Below are positions 52,320-64,000 of a DNA stretch of 64,000 nt, in pieces; the first letter of the stretch is position 1, and each line of letters starts with the position of its first letter. The translations under genes were made by a program, and so were the position numbers. The notes below the pieces were generated by a model. It was not told where the DNA came from. It worked only from the letters and a program-made list of their open reading frames with translations, and did not search any database. The stretch is from contig CM114271.1 of NCBI GenBank assembly GCA_050084515.1, forward strand, positions 26,412,001-26,476,000, in the 5' to 3' direction. The stretch is from Blasia pusilla. Taxonomy: Eukaryota.

Positions 52320-53400
52320 TAAATGACTTGCTGGCTTGATAAAAGACCTAATAGGGCTTCTTCATGCGGCGGAGGAAGTACCAAACCACCGGTAGGAATA
52401 TCATGAAGCAACTAAGTCATCTAAAATCTGGTGTTTTTTTTTCCTCTTGTAATTTCATTGATGTTAGAGGTCAGTAGTAAATCTTCTTGCATTAAGAGAT
52501 TTTTGGTCATGCAAGTACTTGATGGGACTCCTAATAGCGCTTCTTCATGGACCATAGGGTAGTGCGACAAGTCCTTAGATTGTAATAGTGTGGTTCAAAT
52601 TAATCTATCGATTTTGGGACCATGCAAGGTTCAAAAGTCACTATATTATAATAGTGTGGCGAAAGTCAATAGATTGCAATAGTGTCGTTTAGAAATATGA
52701 ACCGTACTATCACATTCTAAGGACTCTTGCTTCACTGCTCCTCGCCATGAGGAACAACTATTAGGAGTCTCATCAAGCAAGTAGGTCATCCAAAATATAA
52801 ATTTGTTTTGCATGGCTTGTAATCTCACTCATGGGAGAGGTCACTTGGAAATCTCCTTGCATTTGGAGAATTTCAATCACGTATTTGCTTGATGAGTCTG
52901 CTAACAATGCTTCCTCAAAGAGGGTAGTGCGACAAAAGTCCTTAGATTGTAATAATGCAGTCCAGAAATGTGAATTGCACTATTTCAATCTTAGGACTTT
53001 TGCCATACTACCCTCTACCTCTATGAGGAACCACTATTAGGAGTCTCATCAAGCAAGTAAGTGATAAAAAATCTGGTCTTTTCTTTTTTTTGGCTTGCAA
53101 TTTCACTCATGGGAGAGGTCACTGAAAAAGATTCTTATACTTTGATATTTTTCAATCACGTATTTTCTTGATAAGACGCCTAATAGTGCTTCCTCACCCA
53201 GTATAGGGTAGTGCGACAAAATTCCTTAGAGTGTAATGGTGATGAATCACATTGAACTTATGGTGTTGTGACCTTGGAAGTCCTTATATTATAATTGTGC
53301 GGCCAAAGTCATGAGATTGCAATAGTGTAATTAAAAATGGTGACCGCACTATTAGAATCTAAGGATTTTTTTCGTATTGCCTTCTCTCTCTGCGAGGAAC
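52320..53400. repeat. Array of direct and inverted copies of a ~100-150-bp unit
   Basis: CTTGATGAG.CTCCTAATAG..CTTCCTCA...AGGGTAGTGCGACAA.GTCCTTAGA recurs in both orientations. Confidence 0.75.
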
Positions 53401-55533
53401 CGTTAAGAAGGACATGCCCATAAGAAATCAATTTAAATCTTTAAAATACCATATTCCAAAAAGAAGATATGTGAATGCCATTTTATTATGGACGGTTTTC
53501 AATGCAAGAGGAAATGGAGATATTTCTTCTTGAAGAAAGGCTCGTATGATTTTAATAGAATATATAGATACTTGGAGAGCTTGTAATCGAAGACTCTCCC
53601 CATAGGAGGAACTTCAAAACCCATGCCTCACTATGTGGACTTTTTTCCGCTTGCAAAATGGGCATCTCCTTAGATACATGTTTCATTACAGGAAGCTATT
53701 TCCTCCCGATGTTCACAATTCTATGTAATTTCCTTTGGAACTCGGTATATAAATGTCCCGCATGAAGTAAAATGAGATTGATTAATTCTTTGCTAATCTT
53801 CCGTGCGGGCCTTTTTAACATGGGGATATTTCCATCTTCCTAAGCTAACTTCTATACATGGAGTCTTTGACTTCCCCTAATCTCCCTCAATAGTATGATA
53901 ATGGATTCACAAAATAAGCATCAACTTCCAACAATAATCATTGGAAGGAGGAAGAAGCAATACTACTTTTGCACACTCTTCCTCCCCAAAAATAATTATG
54001 TGAATACTCATTCATATTTCCTCACCTCCATAGTTCACTCTCTTTCTATCATGAAAGTTTTATTCAAGTTTTAGAGGATACAATTGTAGATTATAGATCT
54101 TATATATTAGTTGTTTGGCACTTGTCTATGTTAGTCTCTAGTTAGGTGCGGTATGTTTTAAAGTTTTTAACTTTTTGGGTTCTTATTGCAATTGTACAGG
54201 AAGCCATTAAAATTCATCTTTTATTTCCAATCGTGTTTTTTCTGCCGGAATTTCTCCCTATGACCAGTATTTATAGTGGGTTTTTTTTTATGTTCATTTC
54301 ACTTTCCACAAGTTCCTAAATTATTTTGTGTCCATTTATCCATATTCAAATTATTTTTGTGGATTTTTTCCTACAATCTAAAGTTCAAATTTGTGATTTT
54401 CATCTCCAAAATCTCTCCCAATTTCTTTCCTTTTCCATTAATATCCTTATTTCTCGTTTCTATCCTCGATTTTTTTTGTTCCCATGCATCACAAAGGTAG
54501 AAATTATTATGATGTTCTTTTTCACAATTTACTATTATTAAATTTACCTAGTATGTTGGTGAAATGTCATTATAAATCTCAACAAGTGGCCACATCCCAC
54601 AAAGGTAAAAGGACATATGAATATCAATATGTTATAAAGGGCTTCAACCCCATAAGAAAGAAAGGCTTTTTCCTCTTTCCTTTTTCACAAAGAATCCTAT
54701 TGTTTTAATAGTATAGACTAGCATATCCTCGTTTTCTTTGATGCTTCCCATAGCCATATCCTTGTGAGCAACTCTTCTTCAAGCTTATTACCTTTTGGGG
54801 TATAGTGTTTCTTTATGAGAGTCATAATTATTTTGGCATGAATAGATTTCTTGCCTAGAAAAATATAATAAAATATATAGCCTATTTTCCAGTGTATGAT
54901 AAGATATTCAATAGACATTTAAGAAAGTTAGCTTTATCAAAGCTTTGAATTATAACTTTGAACTTTTCATCTCAAACCTTTTGGGCCATTTCATAAATGT
55001 TTCTCTCCATAGGATACACTAGTTGGAATGCCCATGCAATATCAAGTTTTTCTTTTAAATTTACTAATATTTTATTTTTCAATTTTCAAATCCTTTTTTC
55101 CATGAAAAAAAGAAAGAGTCTAAAATCATTATTTTTTCCAGCAATGTGGATGCCATTTTTTTAATTCTAGGGAAGGCTTTTTCTTTTCATACAACCTACG
55201 CAAGATTGTGTTTTTAATCCATACATATTGAGCCATGTTCATAAGAAACCACTTTGACACATCTAATAAAACTCATAATGTTTCATATGTAAATTTCAAT
55301 CCACTAAGATATGGATTTCCAAAAGAGAATTATACACTATGATCACATTTTCACAAGGGTAAAAAAGTAAGCCTTTACTATAAATATACTATAATCAAGA
55401 TATTAAATCATGCCCAATCGTGCTCACAAGAATCGGTGCATTTGTAAGGCTTATAACAATGTTATATCTTTGAGCGGATAACTCAATACATAAAATTTGA
55501 GTCTCTCCACTAACATGATAGAGAGCACACACC

Positions 55534-56217
55534 TAGGGTTGCACACGAACAAAGTCTCTTTCCGTGGACATGTTAGTGCGAGCGCGGGTCGGCGAATGCC
55601 CGCACCCGAGTCTGCCAAGCCCGTAGCGGGCACCAAGGTTGCATGTGGACAAAGTCCGTGTCCGTGGACATATCCATTTCGATGGACTTATGTCCGTCCT
55701 ATGGAAGGACTTGTCCATATGGGCCCCACCTTTCCCTTCTTTCTCATTCCCCTTACTTGCCTTCGTGTTCCATACTCCCCCATTTCTTCCTCCCTCCACC
55801 TCCACTCTCTTCTCCCTCATTGCTCCTCTCATCCTTACCTTGCCTTCCATCATGGACTAAAATTGTGGGTCCCACCCCTTGGAACCCATTTTCGTGGACT
55901 TGTCTAGAATTTTCCGTCCATGTCCGTCCTAAAGAAGGACTTGTCCGTTTTTTAGCGACCATGGCGGGCATCCCGGGCCCGGGTTGGCCGAGCCCGCATC
56001 GGTTTTTTGGCCCGCCCAATGGGGGCCCAATCCGCCATGTGTGGGGCCCTGCGTTGGCCCAAGCCCTCCCTATAGGTCTGGCCATGGGCAACAAAACGGG
56101 TGCATGCTCGATCAATAGGATTTAGCACGAGTGTCTGCTACGGGCTCAGCAAGCTTGGATGTGGGCCGTAGGTACTCGGGCGGCATGTCCGTACTTGTTC
56201 GTTTCCGTGCAACCTTG
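55534..56217. mobile_element. hAT-type MITE containing a nested hAT MITE (55634-55963)
   Basis: Outer TIRs TAGGGTTGCAC and GTGCAACCTTG with a perfect 8-bp TSD CACACACC. Inner element CAAGGTTGCA...GCGACCATG with TSD GCGGGCAC/GCGGGCAT. Confidence 0.85.
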
Positions 56218-59200
56218 CACACACCCTTTTGATCCCTCCAAGGTCATATGTATGAAAATTTCACCACTCCAAAAATAGGTCATAAAGGTATATAGTACCG
56301 TATCTCTACAACTCCAACTTGTGATCCTTTAATAAGTAGAAAAAAAAAATTGTGCATACTTTGCAAGGAAATTTGTGTCCACATTTTCAAATTTTCCTAT
56401 AAATTTCTATAAATGTCTTATGAGTTGAACAATCATCATGAGTCTTAGTGGCTCAAAGGAGTGCTACAAGAGTGTTCCTTTGTAGCGTCACTCGGAGGAG
56501 TGTTGATACTAGGCCAAAGGAGTAATTTAACACTTGTAGGGCACCAATCTTCAAGACGTCAACACATGAACAAAATTGGCAACACATAACTTACATAAGC
56601 CCACTATGAAATTTAATGTTATGTGTGTTCCCATCATATACATAGAAACTACAACATATCATTACTTAGTTCAAGAAAAAACTTCTGTAAAAAGGTATCA
56701 ACGCAAGGGTCCATCCAAGGCTCTAATCATTATTTTTAATCCTTTGGTTTTTATAAGGTGGAATAAGGACATTTGTTTCCTCCCAAATGTGCTAGTCACT
56801 TCCTTGAGCATTGAGAAACAACTCTTCTTCAAACATAGATTGCATAAATTAGATAGTTTTATTGTGGAAGGACACAAGTGATTTTCCTTCCCATCCCTAC
56901 TAAGACATTGTAGAAGTACACTTCCTATGCCATGTCGTCCCTCCTAGCCCTAAATGATATATTGATGGTGACTCACCTCATAAATTCCAGTTTTCTTCAT
57001 CAAGGTCTTCACTTGTAGGCGACCAAATTTACGACCAATATATACGAGGGTAGTCAACTTTCAGAAGTTCAAAACTTTGGACAATTTCCATTCCAACCGT
57101 TTTAGATTTTGGCTAGTAAAATAAGCTTTCAAACTGGATATCTTGAAAAAGTGATGAGGATCTTACATGATTCATAAGGGTGGTGATATGTATAATAGTA
57201 GTTCTGTACATATTATAAATCATATCGTATTTTGAGTCTTTAGTGTTTCTTTCATGTATTGTTAAGATAACATAGCACTTCCTTCGCAAGAAAAGGTCCT
57301 TCCTCTTCAATTCAAGTCTTTTAAAATTAAAGAAGAGCCTCAAAAGATCTATGTATATTCTTTCCTTTTTAGGATATTTTTTATCATGTTTTACTAAATT
57401 TTGGAATTTTTGCGTATATTAGTATTGTTACAATCACTCGGAGCACAAAATTTTCTGTAAAAATGATATATTACATAACAACAACCAACTCCCAAGTACA
57501 TTTTTACCTCTTTTCCGTGTACGTTTTTACTCCTCTTATGCTGGCAAGTATAGTGTTTAATAAATGACTTAACTGGTTTAGGCGTAAGGGTGCACATCAA
57601 TTCACTTCCAAAGAGAAGTTAATAGTTTCCTACAAATCATTTCGAAAAGAAGAAAACTACAATAACACGTCCCAAGAGTGGCAAGTGAGAGAGTGCGTGG
57701 TCCTGGACGGATATGTAGACCGACTTCTTTTGAAACTTCCCGGCGAACATCTCGACGGCCCAATGGGTTTCGTGGGATCCAAAAGGCGGAGCTGCAGCAG
57801 TAGCTGCCGTTTTTGCTGCTGTGGCAGGAGGCACGCGAGACAGAGAAGGTGGGGGCGACTGTTCCCCATCAATTGCTTCTGATCTGTGGGCAGTGGGGAC
57901 TGATCTCATCAGAAGAAAAGACGAGAGAACTCTACCGTCGTCGCTCGCTCCGGTCCCCATTACGCCGCGTGATTCTCCACTGCCGCCCTCGCTCATTACA
58001 ACGCATCCGCCATTCCGCGTTCTCGCTCAGGAATGCGCAAATTGGAACTCGGAGGGGATCGGAGTAAGTCTCTGTGTGTGTGTGTGTCTGAGTGTGTGAG
58101 AGAGGGGGTCGGGTACGATGGAAGAAGCCCGACGGAGGAGCAAATGATGTCACGGTGGAATCCTGCGTCGCCAGATGAGGTTAATCATGGCGTCAATCCT
58201 ACATCATCAGTGTGGTGTTGGGAGCGATGGAGTACGAGGACTCGATGGTGTACGCTTTTACCATCCGCTTGTGAGAGGGTAGTGACGGGTTCTCGTCATT
58301 GGTTTGTACAATCTGAGCAAGCGAAATGACGAATCGATGGTGTTGAGCACTGGAAATCTTCGTCGCTCGGTAATCATCGAGCTGCCCTCCACTACGGGGC
58401 TCATCATGTAAGACATGGGGAACGGAGGTAATAAGTCGCTGTCTCGGAGGAGATACGGACGAAATTTAACCCTCACAAGGACACGAGACATTAGTACCTT
58501 GCCTATTGTCATAATGATGACACCGAGAACATCCTGTGCAAGCACTTCGACTCCCACAGCGATTCGACGCTCCCGCATCACAAGATTCACACCTAGCGTA
58601 GGTTTTTCAAGGATTGCGTCTCGTAATCATGAGAAGCGCCCTAGCTTCGTGGATCTTGCCCAATTCGCACTTTGGATGTACATACATGTTTTCTTTCCTT
58701 TCCTCCTTCCATCGCAGTGCCTGTCTGCAAGCACAGGGACTACGTAGATGATAGCTAGCTACCTACGGATCTCGATCCCACGAGAATGCTCCGCTCACCG
58801 TTCTCTACTCGCCGATTCTGTCGGACTTTCGGCTGCTCAGAATCTCAGTTGCGCAGTGTGCTTTCAGTGCTTCACCTTTACGGCTACTATGGGATCCAAC
58901 CGAACTCCCTAGCTACGTTTCCGATTCCACGAGATGAGATGATGGCGGCTCCGACTGCGGTTTTTGTTTCTCCCTCTCCACGTCAGATCCAGTTGGTTGC
59001 GTTCTAGGAGTTTTCTTCTCCTGTCATTCATTGGTTCGATTCGTTTCCCTCGCGAGGTCCGGCTGGAACGAACCCTCTCTCCTCACGGATCTGCTTTCTC
59101 CGGACGGACTGGTGGCAATTCCGCTGCGCCCACGCGGTGAAATAGACAAATTTCTTGATGATCCGTGGGGAGAATTCCGAGATTGGTTACGTGTGTAAGC

Positions 59201-60346
59201 ACCATGTTTAATGCTCGCAATGGGAGTGTGTGATCACCGTGTTTAATGCCTCTAGGAGAATTGAGGGGAGGAAGCGTCGCCTCCACAGCACGCGACGGCG
59301 TTTGTAGAAGGTTTCTGGAAATGGGACTCGTCAGGCTTGGAGATGCAGAATTCAGTCAAGCGCGAAGTGGCCAGCGGAGCAGCGCATTGATGTTTCCCGA
59401 GGGGAAAAGTGGTAAAAGTTGGGATAAAAGTTCTGCTGACATCGCGCAGAGCCTCGTGGAGAATGTGATAGTTCCCAGGCGGCAGGAGAGTTACCGAGAC
59501 GTTCGCCGAAATTCATGTCGCCACGGCACAGGAACAAGGAGAGCGGAGGGGGAAGCGACCCACAGAGTCGGCGACGGAAAGCGAGGCACGTCCCGTTTCC
59601 CCATATGTTGAGCCGCCCGGGCAATCGCATCTCGCCCGAGACGCGATGCTCCTGTTCCGCGACCCGTAGCGAGGCCCTCGACTGCGAAGATAGTGCACGC
59701 GGCGCATGAGACGTGAGAGATGGAGAACAAGCAGTGCGCTCTCATTAGTAGATTTGAGCGACAAAGAAAAAGCTGTATAGACAGCAGGTGGTTGGGGCGG
59801 CGGTACGCAGGCAGCGGCAGCGGCTGCACGGCGGTGCGCAGTAGTCAGTCAGCTCGACAATGGCAGTCGCAAGGATATCACACTCACTGCTGGCAAGCAC
59901 ATCGTTCAAGCTCATATATTTTAAGCAAGAAGAGCGAGCACATGAGTCCGGCCTATTCCTAGTTTTCATATATGCATTGAAGCAGGAGCAGTAGTTCCTG
60001 ATCCACTCCTTGTAAAAACTCAATGCCGGAAGAAACTAGTTCACCCCTAGGTAGTCGGAATTCTCTCGAGGATCATGACCATGTGAGTACGACGCTGTGC
60101 TTCTCCGAATAAAGGGCTACTTACGTAGTATGATCATCCACAGTTATGGTACAAAGCTTCCTTTTGACCCTACAGCCACTACCTTTCTCATGTGTTTCGG
60201 GGGGAGTATGTACACATTTCATGGAAGAAATGACTGACCTCCATGCGCAGAGGAGAGGAAGAGCCTAATTCTAAAATCCTACAGCTTGATTATCCATCCG
60301 GAAGGGGGTTTGTGGTTATTCCTCCGCTCGCTGATGGGAACAACCT

Positions 60347-63300
60347 TCACACGAACCTCACTCGATAGCTGGATTCGTTCGGAGCTGCCGCCTTCCGCCG
60401 AGGCTGGGCTTCCGAGAGCATCGTCACGACGTCTCGCATGGACGGGCGATCTTTCGGCAGACGACTGGTGCACAGCAGAGCGATCCTCAACACTAGAGTC
60501 ATCTCCTCCTGGACGGAATAGCAACCAGAGCCCACATCCGGATCCAGCACCTCCAACAAACCCTCCTTCACTTGCATCTTCCTAGTCACCCACTCCACGA
60601 TGTTCACGGATTCGCCGAATTCCGTCGTCTCCACGGGCTGCCTGCCGGTCAGGAGCTCCAGGAGAACCACTCCGAAGCTGTAGATATCGCTCTTCTCATC
60701 GACCTTGAGGGTGTACCCGTATTCTGCAAGAAACCAACCTCGGAAAGTCAGTCATCCCGTCGTAAAGCGCGAGCTTGCTCGATTCGAGGAGGAGGTAATA
60801 ATCCGAGCTTCTAGCGTTTCACATCGTTCTATGAGAAAGTGAAGGTCGTCGCATCTGAAGACAAAATCTACTAGCATTCGACCGGAGACCGTTGCACATC
60901 GGGGCTTACATATGATGACTAGTCCCTCGGCATTCGCGAGGGAAGCGATGTAAGGCGAGAGCCCTGCGGAGCTAAAGATTAGATCAATGTTCAGATTGGA
61001 GGTTTTCTCAGATAGGCGTCTTGCGTCATCGCGGTGTCAAACACGCTCCGCACTCTCGACGTCGACCGACACTGAAGAATGACGACGCGATGTAAGTCCG
61101 AGCGCATTGATCGAGGTAAGGTTTCGACGAGCGTACCTGGAGCGATGTACCCGTAAGATCCGGCGACCAGCGACATGGACTGGTTGGTTTCGAATAGCTT
61201 GGCGAGCCCGAAGTCGGCGACTCGCGCGTCCATGTTGCTATCGAGGAGAATGTTGTTGGATTTGACATCCCTGTGCACGATAGGGGGAGAACAGTCGTGG
61301 TGCAAGTAAGCGAGCCCTTGCGCAACTCCCATGCCGATGTTGAACCTCGTCAACCAGTCGGCGAGGATGTTCACTTTCTTGCCCTCTTGTTTGGATCCAT
61401 TCTTCCACCCGTGCAGAAGCTCCCCAAGACTTCCGTTGGGCATGTACTCGTAGATCAGAAGATTAGTCTCATGATTGGAACAGAACCCCAAGAGGCGGAC
61501 GATGTTCCGGTGCCGAATGCTCCCCAGCAAATCGACCTCCGCAGAGAAGCCCTGATCCTTGCCTAGATGCACCTCGGGCTTACGACTCCCCCACAGTCTC
61601 TTGACCGCGACGATGTCACCTCCAGGAAACTCGCCCTTGAACACGGTTCCGGCCCCACCCATACCGATGACATTTTGGTCCTTCAAACACTCCACGACTT
61701 CATCGGCCGAGAAGTTGAGCCTTTGAAAAGTGGTCAAAATCCATGGCCACTCCGTCGGGATATTCCCCTTGAGCACACGGCGTATCTGCCAGCGGTACTG
61801 CTTGTAGAAGCAGCACACTCCGATGATGAGAACTCCCATGGCTACGAGAAAGATGCCCGCGATCATGAACGCCACAGGGCCCCCACTCTTCCCCTTCTTG
61901 GGCTCGCCGCTGCAAAGCCGCAGCACCTTCAGCCCGCACAAGCCTGGGTTCCCCACGAAGGAGCTGGCGTTCAAGAATTGGAACACCCCGGAGGTGGGAA
62001 CCGGGCCTTCGAGCTTGTTGTAGGAGACGTTGAAGGCGTCCAGAGTGGACAGGTTCTGCAGAGTGACAGGTATCTCACCCGTCAGCTCGTTCCTCGAGAG
62101 GTCGAGAGAAGCCAAGTCCATCATGTTGCCGAATATCGGTGGAATCTCCCCGTTCAGCCTGTTGTTGCTCAAATTGAGATTGACGAGCCTCGAGCAGTTG
62201 GACAGGGAAGGCGGAATGCTGCCCGAGAAGAGGTTTCCGGAGAGGTCCAGTACGCCGAGCGAGGAGACATTCCCGAATTGAGGGGGTATCTCGCCATACA
62301 AGCTGTTCCCCGTCGCGTAGAACTCCTGGAGGTTGTAGAAGGTCCACACGCTCTCTGTGGACGGGAAAACCCCCGAAATGCGGTTGAAAGACAGATCCAC
62401 AAAGGTGAGCTCGGAGGCACTTACGATGTCCGCAGGCAGACTCCCGTTCAGCAGATTCCTCGACAAGTCCAGGAACGCTAGGTAAGGCAGGAACCCAAAT
62501 CCAGGAGGTATAGCACCGGTGAGCTGATTGTTCTGCAGTCGAACTCGGTACAAGCTGGGGCAGCTGGCCAAGCCCGGGGGTAACGAACCGCTGAAGGCGT
62601 TGTTGAATAGGATGAGCCTCCAGAGCGCTCCGGACTTGCACAGCTCCGGAGGTATATCTCCCGTCAGGAGGTTGGACGAGACGTCGAGGTGGCCGAGGCT
62701 GGAGCTCAATCCCAGTCGCCGCGGGAGGCTTCCGCTCAGAGAATTGTTCCAGAGAAGAAGAGTGAGAAGATGCGGAAAATCCCCGAACGAAGGGGGGATT
62801 TCACCTGTGAGATTGTTGCCCCAGAGACTCAGCAGCCTCACCTGCTTCATGTCACCCAGCTCAGCCGGGATGGACCCGCTCAGGCTGTTGTTGGACAGAT
62901 CAAGACTCCAAACCGTAGACAAGTTCCCGATCTCTGGCGGTATGGACCCGGAGAGCTGGTTGTCGAAGAGGAAGAGAGAATTCAGTTTGGCGAGCTTCCC
63001 GAGCTCCGCAGGGATCTCGCCGGTCACATTAGCCCACGAAAAATCCAAGTAGGTGAGCTCTACGAGGTATCCGAGCTCGCGGGGGAGTGTGGTGGTGAAA
63101 CTATTGTATCCCATCTCCAGCCATGTCAAGGAAGTGAGACCTCCGATAGTCGGCGGAATCGACCCGGTCAGCTTGTTGCCCGCAAGGTTGAGGAACACGA
63201 GCTTCGTCAAGTCCCAGTAACTCGAGGGGATCTCACCGTGAAACGCATTTCCTCCTAAATGCAGATACACCAGCTCCGTCAATTTCCCGACCTCCTCGGG

Positions 63301-63825
63301 TAGAGCGCCGGTGTAGAGGTTGTCGTAGAGATCGAGCTTACGCAATGATCTGAGGTTCGATATTCCAGGGGGGAAGCTGCCGTTCAGATAGTTGGACGTG
63401 AAATTTAGGTAAGTCAGCGAGCTGAGGTTCGTAATTCCTGCGGGGATCTGCCCTGAGAGGCCGTTACAATTAAGATCGAGGCTTTGCAGGTCCGTGAGGA
63501 GACCGATTTCTTCCGGGATCGAACCCGTCAAATTCTTGTTCGAAAGGTCCAAACCCGTAACAATGCTGGAATCGTTTTCGGAAGCAGATACTTGGCTGCA
63601 GGTGACGCCTATCCATGTGCACGGAGACGGGTTGGAAGCAGTCCAATCGCTAAGCTGACCTACGGTGTCGCCGAGACCTTCCTTGACGAGCAAAAGATTC
63701 GCAACCACCTCGGACGTCGACAGGGCTGCCGCGCAAGAGATGTATGCGCACAGCAAGAAGTTGAGAGCGACAACGGACGACTTCGCGGCATGAGGAAGCC
63801 GCATTGCTCTGGAACTGCGCGGCAT
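60347..63825 (-). CDS. TDR: LRR-XI receptor-like kinase, TDR/PXY type. Exons: 63825-61137, 60723-60347
   Basis: Signal peptide, LRR N-cap (CTWIGVTC), about 20 LRRs, GNPGLCG and a TM helix. Juxtamembrane [21 protein letters not shown] is typical of PXY/TDR. Kinase motifs [53 protein letters not shown] with the canonical LRR-XI intron position. Confidence 0.9.
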
Positions 63826-64000
63826 TGCTGCTATCCAACTCGACCTCCCTATATTCTTCTCCCTAAACCGAACCTCTCAACGGCCCCTTCGCATCTATGA
63901 GTCGCACCCTCTGGACTGCCGCGTTCTGCCACTCTCTCAGAATTGCGCTCTAACGAAGAGAACACCGCGCGCATGGAATGCTGATTTCACTAACATACTC

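Noticed and set aside
61026-63900. Long overlapping and antisense ORFs, e.g. 61567-62481 (+)
   Set aside because: Shadow frames of the GC3-rich LRR-RLK coding sequence.

Overview
Eukaryotic land-plant nuclear DNA. A non-seed plant, probably liverwort-like, is inferred from gene style and the TDR/PXY receptor; the species cannot be determined. Three intron-containing host genes sit among nested transposon relics: an IAR1/ZIP7-type metal transporter (-, 11 exons, 15423-26290), a SNARE-associated/TVP38 (DedA) membrane protein (+, 4 exons, 47571-49662) and a TDR/PXY-type LRR-XI receptor kinase (-, 2 exons, 60347-63825). The relics include Copia copies, a CACTA-bounded block, hAT MITEs and Gypsy LTR fragments. 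The standout is a decayed Ty3/Gypsy retrotransposon (~33430-42155). Its pol carries a DNMT3-like C5-cytosine methyltransferase domain (~37008-37960) between the protease and the RT, and a PHD finger after the integrase. It also has an unusual LTR with duplicated ends. All calls were made by eye from motifs; no searches or alignments were run.
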